The position numbers and the translations under genes were made by a program. The notes under the pieces are model-generated. The model was given only the letters and a program-made list of their open reading frames with translations. It was not told the origin of the DNA and did no database searches. From Clostridiales bacterium (lineage in GTDB: Bacteria; Bacillota; Clostridia; Oscillospirales; CAG-272), in contig JAAYHB010000003.1 in NCBI GenBank assembly GCA_012727435.1, positions 1,315 to 65,314 on the forward strand: DNA of 64,000 bases. The letters are read 5' to 3'. This document shows positions 1-8,129 of the stretch, piece by piece. The first letter of the stretch is position 1, and the number at the start of each line of letters is the position of its first letter.

Positions 1-211
1 TTGCCCTGTGCGGCGAGCGGGTGATTATTTTCTCGCACCGCCCCACGCAGTAGCTTTTATTCACCTTGATAATCCGGCACTCAATCACATCCCCCGTAAC
101 AGCGCCGCGCACAAATACAACAACGCCGGAGTACCGCCCGATGCCGCAACCCAGATTGTTCATGTCGGTTATCTCAAGCGGTATGATATCGTTTTTTCTC
201 AGCTCACACAT
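1..211 (-). CDS. 23S rRNA (uracil-5-)-methyltransferase RumA/RlmD family, N-terminal TRAM domain only (gene runs past window start)
   Basis: Minus-strand ATG at 211..209 opens MCELRKNDIIPLEITDMNNLGCGIGRYSGVVVFVRGAVTGDVIECRIIKVNKSYCVGRCEKIITRSPHR, a typical TRAM-domain N-terminus. The frame stays open to position 1. Confidence 0.7.
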   Translation of the reverse strand, partial: MCELRKNDIIPLEITDMNNLGCGIGRYSGVVVFVRGAVTGDVIECRIIKVNKSYCVGRCEKIITRSPHRA

Positions 212-884
212 AAAACTCCGCGCCGTCCTCAAGCCGCAGGCAGCCGACTCTTCCGCCCCGCGCCGCGCCGCAGTCAAGCGCGATGCAGCCTTCGGTCTTG
301 AATATTTTTCCCGGGACCGCCCCCGGGATTTTTTCGGTCGGCACATGCCCGGCGACTATAATCTTGTTGTCGAAGTATTTTTTATTCCAGTCAAGCGGGT
401 CCGAAAACATCTCGTCGGGTGTGGGCTGACCTCCCGAGGCAAGGCTGCCCAGCCCGGCATGGACCAGCAGATATTCCCGGCCCCTGACCTCGATGTTGTC
501 GTAGAGCAGCATATCCGAGAGATAGTCCAGAACACCCTCCTTCATCTCACTGTCAAGTCTTCGGTAGCCGTCAAGCGTGGGCTTGCCGCCGTCGGCCACC
601 CAGTCGTTCATCTGCCTGACAAAGGCCGGATCGGGAGTTTTACCCTGTTGAATCAACTTCTCAAAATTCGAGAGCAGCCGCGCTGCGGTGTAGTCGTGTT
701 CTCCGGCAATGGCATAAACATTGTATCTCATGCTCAGGTCGCAGATAAGCTCGATCGGCTCCTCGCCGTAGTCGACAATATCCCCCAGTACATACAAAAC
801 ATCACTGCTTTTGAACTTAATCTGTCGGAGCAGCTCCATAAATTCGGAATAACACCCGTGAAGGTTAGCCGTAAGGTAGGTCAT
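204..884 (-). CDS. metallophosphoesterase (calcineurin-like Ser/Thr phosphatase family)
   Basis: 226-aa ORF with motifs LGDIVDYG, AGEHD and VAGHVP. Its stop lies 3 nt from the RumA start, suggesting one operon. Confidence 0.8.
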   Translation of the reverse strand: MTYLTANLHGCYSEFMELLRQIKFKSSDVLYVLGDIVDYGEEPIELICDLSMRYNVYAIAGEHDYTAARLLSNFEKLIQQGKTPDPAFVRQMNDWVADGGKPTLDGYRRLDSEMKEGVLDYLSDMLLYDNIEVRGREYLLVHAGLGSLASGGQPTPDEMFSDPLDWNKKYFDNKIIVAGHVPTEKIPGAVPGKIFKTEGCIALDCGAARGGRVGCLRLEDGAEFYV

Positions 885-919
885 AAGAATTCCTTTCTTT
901 TCCCTGTCAGGCCGGCGGG

Positions 920-1687
920 CTATATCAGCTCAATCCGGCAGCTTTTCATGTAAACCGTCTGAATGGTGTCGTCGGCCTGTGATATAAGCCCGGCAAGCCG
1001 GCGGCAGACCGGGTCTTCGGTGTAAAAATGTCCGGCTTCGATGAGGTTCAGCCCGACCTCCCCGGCTGCCATCATCTCATGGTAGCCTATCCGGCCGCTG
1101 ACAAGCGTGTCGGCCCCCGCAGCGAGAGCCGCCGGGATGTAGTCCCCGCCGCTGCCGCCGACCACGGCAACCTTTGACACCGGCCGCCCGCAGCCCGAGA
1201 CCAGCACCGCCGGGGCGAAAAGCGTCGATTTGACCCTCTCGGCAAAAACCTCAAGCTCAACAGGATGCTCTGTTTTGCCTATCCTCCCGAGGTTGTCGTT
1301 CTCAAGTCCGAAGGGTGTGATGTCGGAGAGCCCCAGCAGGCCGGCGAGTGTATCGTTAACCCCGCCGGGGATTGCGTCAAGCCGCGTGTGGAAGGACATG
1401 ACCGAAATCCCGGCGCGGGTGAGCTTTATCACCTTTGCGGCGGTCGTGTCGTCGGGCGTGATTGCGCCAAGCGGCCTGAAGATGAGCGGATGGTGAGTGA
1501 CAATGAGGTCAAAGTCCCCTTTGATTGCACTGTCTGCCACCTCGTCGGTGACGTCGAGCGCGACAAGCACCCGCCGCACCTCGCGTCCCGGGTCAGGGCA
1601 AACCATCAGCCCGTCGCGGTCGCCCTCGAGCGTGTATGACGGGGGTATTATTTTGTCGAGATAACTGTATAGTTCCTTGATATTCAT
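920..1687 (-). CDS. Nif3-like dinuclear metal center protein (GTP cyclohydrolase 1 type 2 homolog)
   Basis: Start trimmed to MNIKELY (ATG 1687, GAGG 5 nt upstream). Motifs VTHHPLIF and EAGHFYTE are present. Confidence 0.85.
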   Translation of the reverse strand: MNIKELYSYLDKIIPPSYTLEGDRDGLMVCPDPGREVRRVLVALDVTDEVADSAIKGDFDLIVTHHPLIFRPLGAITPDDTTAAKVIKLTRAGISVMSFHTRLDAIPGGVNDTLAGLLGLSDITPFGLENDNLGRIGKTEHPVELEVFAERVKSTLFAPAVLVSGCGRPVSKVAVVGGSGGDYIPAALAAGADTLVSGRIGYHEMMAAGEVGLNLIEAGHFYTEDPVCRRLAGLISQADDTIQTVYMKSCRIELI

Positions 1688-1723
1688 ATAAACCTCAAAA
1701 ACGCACAAGTTGAACCCTTCTGT

Positions 1724-2419
1724 TCAAAATCCAAGCGAGTCGAGAGCGGCGAGCACCTCATCTTCCTCGGATGTGTCAAGTCCCGCCTTTGCTTTGCCGG
1801 ATTTGCGGCGTCTGTATTTTGCTTTAAGCTGCCCGGCATACCGGCGGGTCAGCTCATCACCGCGCACGATGTTGTGCCTGCCTAAAAGAAGCTCGGCGGT
1901 GTTATATATGCCCCCGCAGCCATCGTATTCGGCACAGATTGTCTGGTAAATCCGCCCGGCAGCCTCGCTTGTGGCCTCATCAATTACGTTAAAACCATGA
2001 CCGAGCAGGTATTCGCGCAACTCGGCGCGCCGTGTCATGGGCTGGAGTATCAGGCGGATTTGAGGATCTCTGACCCACTTGGCCTTCTCGATAATCGAGG
2101 CTATGAGCTCGCCGCCCATGCCGAAAATTATGATATCGTCCGGGTGATATTTTTCAATTCCCGCAAGACCGTCGGCCAAAATCAAAGATATTTTACCGGA
2201 TAAGCCGTATCTCTCAACCGTTCTGGCGGCTGTACGCAGCGGGCCCTCCCTGATGTCGGTAGCCACGGCACCTTGAACCCTGCCGGTGAGCAGCAGCCAG
2301 ACCGGAAGGTAGGCGTGGTCGGTCCCAATATCTGCTATAACGCCGCCCCGCACGAACGGGGCGGCACTCATGAGCCGCCCGTCGGGCTTCGGCGGCGTCA
2401 TCGGGATATCAGGGTTCAT
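1724..2419 (-). CDS. trmK: tRNA (adenine(22)-N(1))-methyltransferase TrmK
   Basis: Motifs ADIGTDHAYLP and GMGGELI. ATGA overlap with the upstream gene. The start could instead be M7. Confidence 0.8.
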   Translation of the reverse strand: MNPDIPMTPPKPDGRLMSAAPFVRGGVIADIGTDHAYLPVWLLLTGRVQGAVATDIREGPLRTAARTVERYGLSGKISLILADGLAGIEKYHPDDIIIFGMGGELIASIIEKAKWVRDPQIRLILQPMTRRAELREYLLGHGFNVIDEATSEAAGRIYQTICAEYDGCGGIYNTAELLLGRHNIVRGDELTRRYAGQLKAKYRRRKSGKAKAGLDTSEEDEVLAALDSLGF

Positions 2420-2625
2420 TTCTTTTCGGCTTCTGCCAGATATTCGTTGATTTTCTTTACCAGCTCGTCGGGGTCGGTGCCGTGGACCTCGCAGGCCTCG
2501 GCAATGCTCTCGCCGCGTGAGGCCGGGCAGCCCAGACAGTGCATTCCGATCTCAAAGAAAAATTTTGCCGTCTTGATGTCATGGTCGAGGACATCCCCTA
2601 TCAGCGAATCCTTGGTTACCTGCAT
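2416..2625 (-). CDS. DUF1858 (hybrid-cluster-protein-associated redox disulfide) domain protein
   Basis: 69-aa ORF with the characteristic GMHCLGCP motif. Confidence 0.7.
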   Translation of the reverse strand: MQVTKDSLIGDVLDHDIKTAKFFFEIGMHCLGCPASRGESIAEACEVHGTDPDELVKKINEYLAEAEKK

Positions 2626-2735
2626 GATAATCTATCTCCTTTATATTTATTTCCAATTAACATTATAAATCCAAAAGGGTCGATTGTCAACAGAAAGCTT
2701 ACATACATAGTACCTGAAGTATATAAGAAAAACTA

Positions 2736-2765
2736 TTGCAAAGCCGGGGCGGCATATGGTATAAT
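2736..2765 (+). promoter_or_regulatory. sigmaA-type promoter for prfB
   Basis: TTGCAA (2736..2741), 18-nt spacer, TGgTATAAT (-10 at 2760..2765). It lies about 110 nt upstream of the ATG. Confidence 0.5.
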
Positions 2766-2874
2766 GAAACACTGGCAGACCAAAAACTCCGGTAACTCGA
2801 TTATTATTCTGCCTCAACGACATAATTAACCGGCATATCTTTATGAAATTTATGCAAAGGATTTAACATAAACC

Positions 2875-3987
2875 ATGATTATTGCGCTTGAAGAAGCAAA
2901 ATACAAGCTTGAGGCGCTGCGAGACGAGCTGAAGGATCTCGGCTCGGCACTGCGGATTGACGAGCTGAGGGCCGAGGTCGCTGAACTTGAGAAAGAAACC
3001 CTAAAACAAGATTTCTGGACGAGCAAGGAAAATTCCTCAAGCGTGCTGCGGTCAATAAAGCAGAAAAAAGACCGGATTGAGGGTTACGATTCGCTCTGCG
3101 CCCGGCTTGAGGACACTGTCGCGCTCTGCGAGATGGCAATAGAGGAAAATGACGAGGGTTCAGTGGAAGATGTGCTCGGCGAACTTCGCGCAATCGAGCG
3201 CGAGTGTGAGCAAAAGCGGATTGAGGTGCTCCTTTCGGGCGAATACGACAGGAACAACGCCATTGTCTCTTTCCATCCCGGCGCCGGCGGTACAGAGGCG
3301 CAGGACTGGGCGCAGATGCTCTACCGTATGATCTGCCGCTGGGCCGAACGCCATAATTACAAAGTCAAGCTCACAGACTGGCTTGACGGTGAGGAGGCCG
3401 GGCTCAAGAGCGCGACTATTCTAGTCGAAGGGCCGAACGCCTACGGGTATTTGAAAAGCGAGCACGGCATTCACAGGCTGGTCAGGGTCTCGCCCTTTGA
3501 TGCCTCGGGACGCAGGCATACCTCGTTTGCCTCGATTGAGGTAATCCCCGAGTTTGACGAGCTCGACGATATAGTCATACGCGACGAGGACATTGATTTT
3601 GCCACATTCCACTCGAGCGGCGCCGGCGGGCAGAATGTCAACAAGGTCAGCTCGGCAGTCCGGATAACCCATATCCCCACCGGGATTGTCGTGACCTGTC
3701 AGACCGAGCGCTCGCAGCTTCAGAACAGGGAAACCGCGCTGCGGATGCTCAAGGCAAGGCTGATGGAAATCAAGATACGCGAGCGGCTGGAGACTATTGA
3801 GGATATCCGCGGTGTCAAAACCAATATCGAGTGGGGCAATCAGATACGCTCATATGTGTTTATGCCCTACACGCTGGTCAAGGATACACGCACCGGATAC
3901 GAGGAAGCTGATATAAACGCAGTAATGGACGGTGAAATAGACGGTTTTATCAACGCTTATCTGAAGATGATTGCAAAACAAAACTAA
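2875..3987 (+). CDS. prfB: peptide chain release factor 2, single uninterrupted frame
   Basis: 370 aa with the SPF motif (RVSPFDASGRRHTSF) and the GGQ motif (SGAGGQNVNKV). The N-terminal helix is in the same frame. Confidence 0.95.
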   Translation: MIIALEEAKYKLEALRDELKDLGSALRIDELRAEVAELEKETLKQDFWTSKENSSSVLRSIKQKKDRIEGYDSLCARLEDTVALCEMAIEENDEGSVEDVLGELRAIERECEQKRIEVLLSGEYDRNNAIVSFHPGAGGTEAQDWAQMLYRMICRWAERHNYKVKLTDWLDGEEAGLKSATILVEGPNAYGYLKSEHGIHRLVRVSPFDASGRRHTSFASIEVIPEFDELDDIVIRDEDIDFATFHSSGAGGQNVNKVSSAVRITHIPTGIVVTCQTERSQLQNRETALRMLKARLMEIKIRERLETIEDIRGVKTNIEWGNQIRSYVFMPYTLVKDTRTGYEEADINAVMDGEIDGFINAYLKMIAKQN

Positions 3988-4092
3988 TATGAGCACAATC
4001 AATCAGCCGCCGGTGGAATGTGAGGTCTGCCGGCGACTGAACGGTGAACTTTGATTTTACTATTCAAAGGCTAAAAAAAGTTTTTGAAGAGA

Positions 4093-4126
4093 GCCGGGGG
4101 AAACTTTTTAAAAAGTTTCCCCCGGC
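4093..4126. terminator. bidirectional hairpin between convergent prfB and the ligase gene
   Basis: Perfect palindrome GCCGGGGGAAACTTTTT/AAAAAGTTTCCCCCGGC. Confidence 0.7.
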
Positions 4127-4144
4127 CAAAGTTTCCCGGCATTT

Positions 4145-5782
4145 TCATTCAAGCTCAATCTGGGCCGCGACGATGCTCTTGCCGCAGTATTTTTCGCGCA
4201 GCTTGGGCTTTTCAATTTTTCCGGTCGGGTTGCGCGGGACCTTATCGAAGATTATCTTTCTCGGGCGCTTATACCTCGGCAGACTCAGGCAGAATCTGTT
4301 CAGCTCGGCTTCGGTAAGACAGCAGCCCGGCTTTGCCTCGACAATCGCCGCGGCAATCTCGCCCAGCCTGTGGTCGGGAAGCCCGATCACCGCCACGTCC
4401 TTGACGGCGTCGTGCCTTCGGATGTAGTTTTCGAGTTCAACCGGGTAGATATTCTCGCCTCCCGTGATGATGACGTCTTTCTTGCGGTCGACAAGGAAAA
4501 TAAAGCCGTCCTCGTCCTCGAAGGCCATGTCCCCGGTCAGCAGCCAGCCGTCCTTCAGCACCTCGTCTGTGGCGGCCTGATTCTTGTAATAGCAGACCAT
4601 AACGCCCGGGCCTTTCACGCAGAGCTCGCCGATTTCCCCTTTCGGCAGGATGTTGCCGCTGCTGTCTATGATTTTGGTTTCCCAGCCGTACCCGGCCTTG
4701 CCAATAGCGCCGACTTTGTGTATATTCTCGATTCCGAGATGTACGCAGCCCGGACCGGTAGACTCCGAGAGGCCATAATTTGTATCGTAATCGTGGTTCG
4801 GGAAATGCCGCTTCCAGCGCTTGATAAGCGAGGGCGGCACCGGCTGGGCGCCGATGTGCATCAGGCGCCAATGAGATAGTGTGTAGTCCTCAAGCTTTAT
4901 CTGCCCGCTCTCAATGCTGTCGAGTATGTCCTGCGCCCAGGGCACAAGCAGCCAGACGATGGTACACTTCTCCTCGGAAACCGTGCGTATAATCCACTCG
5001 GGCTTGACCCCTTTGAGCAGCACCGAACGCCCCCCGACAAGCAGGCTGCCGAACCAGTGCATTTTGGCGCCTGTATGATAGAGCGGCGGGATGCAGAGGA
5101 AAACATCCTCGTGGGTCTGGCCGTGGTGCGCCTGCTCGGTGAGGCAGGCATGCATCAGCGCCCGATGGGTGTGCAGTATGGCTTTGGGGAACCCGGTAGT
5201 ACCAGAGGAAAAGTAAATCGCCGCCAGGTCGTCGTCCGAGAGCTTTATGTCGGGCGCGCGGGAGGTCGTGTAGGTGATGAGCTTGTTGTAGCTCTCTGCA
5301 AAGGTCGGGCAGTCGTCGCCGACATAAAAACGGTATTTGACACGTGTCAGGCTGTCGCAGATCTGCTCAATCCGCCCGACAAACTCGGGGCCGAAAACCA
5401 GCACGTCGACGTCGGCAAGCTCGGCGCAGTATTTGATTTCCTCGGCGGTATAACGGAAGTTCATCGGCACGGCAAACGCCCCGGTCTTGAGAATCCCGAA
5501 ATATATAGGCAGCCACTCAAGGCAGTTCATGAGCAGAAGCGCCACCTTGTCGCCTTTTTTTATTCCGCGCGAGAGCAACAGGTTTGCAAAGCGGTTTGCC
5601 CGCCGCTCAAATTCCCCCCAGGTAAGTTCGGTGCGGAAGGGGCGGTAGAAACTCGCTTCAATCAGCGAATATTCCTTCCATGTTACCTGTTTTTCCTCAG
5701 GCAGCGCGGGGTTAATCTCGACAAGCGCCACCTCGTCGCGGTAGAGCGCAGCATTCTGCGCCAGCAGTTCGGTTATAGGCAT
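4145..5782 (-). CDS. AMP-binding adenylate-forming enzyme (acyl-CoA synthetase/ligase-like)
   Basis: 545 aa with motifs YFSSGTTGFPKAILHTH, TGDMAFEDEDGFIFLVDRKKD and GKIEKPKLR. It starts 19 nt after the symporter gene. Confidence 0.85.
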   Translation of the reverse strand: MPITELLAQNAALYRDEVALVEINPALPEEKQVTWKEYSLIEASFYRPFRTELTWGEFERRANRFANLLLSRGIKKGDKVALLLMNCLEWLPIYFGILKTGAFAVPMNFRYTAEEIKYCAELADVDVLVFGPEFVGRIEQICDSLTRVKYRFYVGDDCPTFAESYNKLITYTTSRAPDIKLSDDDLAAIYFSSGTTGFPKAILHTHRALMHACLTEQAHHGQTHEDVFLCIPPLYHTGAKMHWFGSLLVGGRSVLLKGVKPEWIIRTVSEEKCTIVWLLVPWAQDILDSIESGQIKLEDYTLSHWRLMHIGAQPVPPSLIKRWKRHFPNHDYDTNYGLSESTGPGCVHLGIENIHKVGAIGKAGYGWETKIIDSSGNILPKGEIGELCVKGPGVMVCYYKNQAATDEVLKDGWLLTGDMAFEDEDGFIFLVDRKKDVIITGGENIYPVELENYIRRHDAVKDVAVIGLPDHRLGEIAAAIVEAKPGCCLTEAELNRFCLSLPRYKRPRKIIFDKVPRNPTGKIEKPKLREKYCGKSIVAAQIELE

Positions 5783-5801
5783 CTCTCCATCCTTCCTTGG
5801 C

Positions 5802-7364
5802 TTAGGTGTTGGTTTTAACAGTATTTCCTGTGGCTCTTGGGGCGCTCACGTATCCTGCAAAGGCCGACTCGACCACCGCCTTGTCGGGCGCTCCGGTCAG
5901 AAGGCTTACCACCGGCACAATTAAGAGGCCGGCGAGCATGGCAAACACGCCGCAATTAATGGGAGACCTGAGCAGGGCCGGGAAATAGTTTCTGAAGAGC
6001 ATATTGAGCACCATTATGCCGACCGCAAAACCGAAGGATGACCATGCGGCGGCCTTGGTGGTGCGCTTCCAGTAGAGGCAGAAGAGGAAGGGCGCCAAAA
6101 ACGAGCCGGCGAGCGCGCCCCATGAAATACCCATTAGCTGAGCTATGTGCTCGAAATTATACCTGTACTGAAGTATCGCTATCGCGGCTGACAATGAAAT
6201 GAACACGACTATCAACAGGCGCATGATTCCTATCTGCTGTCGCTCGCTCATGTGCTTTTTTAGATTTCCCTTAATAAGGTCGATAGTCACGGTAGAGCTC
6301 GAGGCCATAACAAGAGACGAGAGGGTAGACATCGAGGCCGAGAGCACAAGGATCACCACGACGCCGATTAGCACCGGGCCGAAGTTGCTGAGCATGGTCG
6401 GGACTATCGAATCGAATCCGGCAACCGGGTTGCCGTCGGGACCGACCTCGATATCGAACAGGCGCCCGAAGCCGCCGAGAAAATAGCAGCCGCCGGCAAC
6501 GAAAAGGGCAAACACGGTAGAGATGACTGCCCCTCTTTTTATGGCGCCTTCATCCCTTATCGAGTAGAATTTGTTGACCATCTGAGGCAGACCCCAGGTG
6601 CCGAGCGAGGTCAGAAGGACGACAAAGAGAAGTGCTTTGGGGTCGGGCCCGAACACCGACGCAAAGGCTCCGGGCTCAGCACCCTCGGCAGTGATTTCAG
6701 ACATCTTTGAGACCGCCTCGACAAGCCCGCCACGGGATTTGAGCACCGCGGACACAACCGCGATAATGCCGCCCAGCATGATTGTTGCCTGTATCGAATC
6801 GTTGATAACCTGCGCCATATATCCCCCGAGCACCACATACACGCAGGTGAGGGCCGACATAAGGATAATGCACCAGACATAGTCGATGCCGAAGGCCATG
6901 CCGAACAGGCGGGACAGCCCGTTGTAGAGCGAGGCGGAATAGGGAATGAGGAAAATAAAAACTATTATCGAAGCCCCGATTTTAAGACTCTTGCTCGCAA
7001 GACGCTTGCCGAAGAATTCGGGCATGGTCCTTGAGTCAAGCTGCTGGGTCATAATGCGGGTCCTGCGGCCGAGGATCATCCAGGCAAGCAGCGAGCCGAT
7101 AACAGCGTTGCCGACTCCCACCCAGACCGCCGAAAGTCCGAATTTCCATCCGAACTGTCCGGCATAACCCACAAAGATAACCGCCGAAAAATAGGTCGAA
7201 CCGTATGACAGGGCAGTAATCCAGGGGCCGACCATGCGCCCGCCCAACACAAACCTGTTGACATCAACCGAATTGCGGCGGCAGCGCACGCCGACATAGA
7301 CCATTACGGCAAAGAACACTACCACCATCGAGAGCTTCACAATCATTGCAACCTCGTTTGACAT
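5802..7364 (-). CDS. sodium:solute symporter (SSF) family transporter
   Basis: 520 aa, polytopic and hydrophobic (about 13-14 TM) with SSF-like composition. Strong RBS: AAGGAAGGAG followed by 5 nt and ATG. Confidence 0.85.
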   Translation of the reverse strand: MSNEVAMIVKLSMVVVFFAVMVYVGVRCRRNSVDVNRFVLGGRMVGPWITALSYGSTYFSAVIFVGYAGQFGWKFGLSAVWVGVGNAVIGSLLAWMILGRRTRIMTQQLDSRTMPEFFGKRLASKSLKIGASIIVFIFLIPYSASLYNGLSRLFGMAFGIDYVWCIILMSALTCVYVVLGGYMAQVINDSIQATIMLGGIIAVVSAVLKSRGGLVEAVSKMSEITAEGAEPGAFASVFGPDPKALLFVVLLTSLGTWGLPQMVNKFYSIRDEGAIKRGAVISTVFALFVAGGCYFLGGFGRLFDIEVGPDGNPVAGFDSIVPTMLSNFGPVLIGVVVILVLSASMSTLSSLVMASSSTVTIDLIKGNLKKHMSERQQIGIMRLLIVVFISLSAAIAILQYRYNFEHIAQLMGISWGALAGSFLAPFLFCLYWKRTTKAAAWSSFGFAVGIMVLNMLFRNYFPALLRSPINCGVFAMLAGLLIVPVVSLLTGAPDKAVVESAFAGYVSAPRATGNTVKTNT

Positions 7365-7436
7365 ACAGTCTCCTTCCTTTCTTGACGCTGTGCGTCAATT
7401 TTTCCCGAAGTCTGGTTCCGGGGAACGGAGGACCAT

Positions 7437-7737
7437 AAAAAAAGTCCTCCGTATCGCTTGATACAGAGGACGACACAGAAGCAAAGTGCCGTGTTACCAC
7501 CTCAATTCGCTGCAGCCTCACGACTGCAACCTCACCGGGTACGTGAACCAGAGTTCATTATACCCTTCCGCGCTAACGGGCGGTCCCGTCGCACCCTACT
7601 GATACCCCGTTACTATCCGGGTACTTTCAGGCCGCTGCTCTCGGGATGTATTCGGTCAACCTGTCCCCGCCGCCTCGCACCGCCCGGCGGCTCTCTGCCC
7701 CGGCTCCGGGCTGACTTACTTCTTCCCGGTCATCGCA
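7437..7737 (-). promoter_or_regulatory. T-box riboswitch leader, specifier UAC (Tyr)
   Basis: Minus strand shows UGCGAUGA..GAAGAAGUA, AGAGA, GGUGCGA, GAA-UAC-A-UCCCGAGAGCA, F-box CCGUUA and T-box GAGGUGGUAACACGG. The antiterminator competes with the terminator GTCCTCTGTATC-aagc-GATACGGAGGAC plus T7 (7437..7471). Confidence 0.88.
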
Positions 7738-7752
7738 TTTAATTTGTGATGT

Positions 7753-7781
7753 ATTATATCATCACTCAAAACGCTTGTCAA
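7753..7781 (-). promoter_or_regulatory. sigmaA-type promoter of the T-box operon
   Basis: Minus strand TTGACA (7781..7776), 17-nt spacer, TATAAT (7758..7753). Confidence 0.6.
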
Positions 7782-7897
7782 TAACATTTTTCATTTTTTC
7801 CGCAAAATTGAGCACCTGACCATACGCTAAACCGCAGGTATGCCTGCCGCAGTATAAAATTGCCGGCCGGGATGTATGTAAAATATCATGAAAGGTA

Positions 7898-7926
7898 TTG
7901 ACAACCCGACATTTTCGGGATATAAT
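7898..7926 (+). promoter_or_regulatory. sigmaA-type promoter for the tRNA gene
   Basis: TTGACA (7898..7903), 17-nt spacer, TATAAT (7921..7926). It ends 18 nt before the tRNA 5' end. Confidence 0.6.
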
Positions 7927-7943
7927 GTTAAGGCTCAAAAGTC

Positions 7944-8020
7944 GGGCCATTAGCTCAGTTGGTCAGAGCTACCGGCTCATAACCGGTTGGTCCGGGGTTC
8001 GAGTCCCTGATGGCCCACCA
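7944..8020 (+). tRNA. tRNA with CAT anticodon (elongator Met, or lysidine-modified Ile2)
   Basis: 77-nt cloverleaf: acceptor GGGCCAT/ATGGCCC, anticodon loop CTCATAA (CAT at 7978..7980), T-loop GGTTCGAGTCC, encoded CCA. The G1-C72 pair and the lack of 3 GC pairs in the anticodon stem argue against an initiator. Confidence 0.93.
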
Positions 8021-8024
8021 TGAA

Positions 8025-8060
8025 AAAAGCCTTTATCCATAAAGAGATAAGGGCTTTTTT
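8025..8060 (+). terminator. intrinsic terminator after the tRNA
   Basis: AAAAGCCTTTATC..GATAAGGGCTTTT stem followed by a T-run. Confidence 0.7.
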
Positions 8061-8129
8061 ACTTTTTATTGCAACCAGCAATATTGCTGGTCTTATGGAA
8101 TTTTATCGAACATTTATCGAACACGCAGC

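Noticed and set aside
66-953. 295-aa plus-strand ORF covering the start of the window.
   Set aside because: It is antisense to the phosphoesterase and RumA genes, which have clear family motifs. The product is low complexity and has no RBS. It is a typical shadow ORF in GC-rich DNA.
2875-3987. I looked for the programmed +1 frameshift site (CTT TGA C near codon 25) that many bacterial prfB genes carry.
   Set aside because: The whole RF2, including the N-terminal helix (MIIALEEAKYKLEALRDELKDLGSALRIDEL..), is in one uninterrupted frame with no in-frame TGA. This is simply a non-frameshifted prfB, a known minority state, and not an anomaly worth a finding.
7264-7742. ORF-track entries 7264..7521 (-) and 7458..7742 (+) in the symporter upstream region.
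   Set aside because: They lie entirely within the T-box leader RNA, whose conserved elements explain the sequence. They have no RBS.
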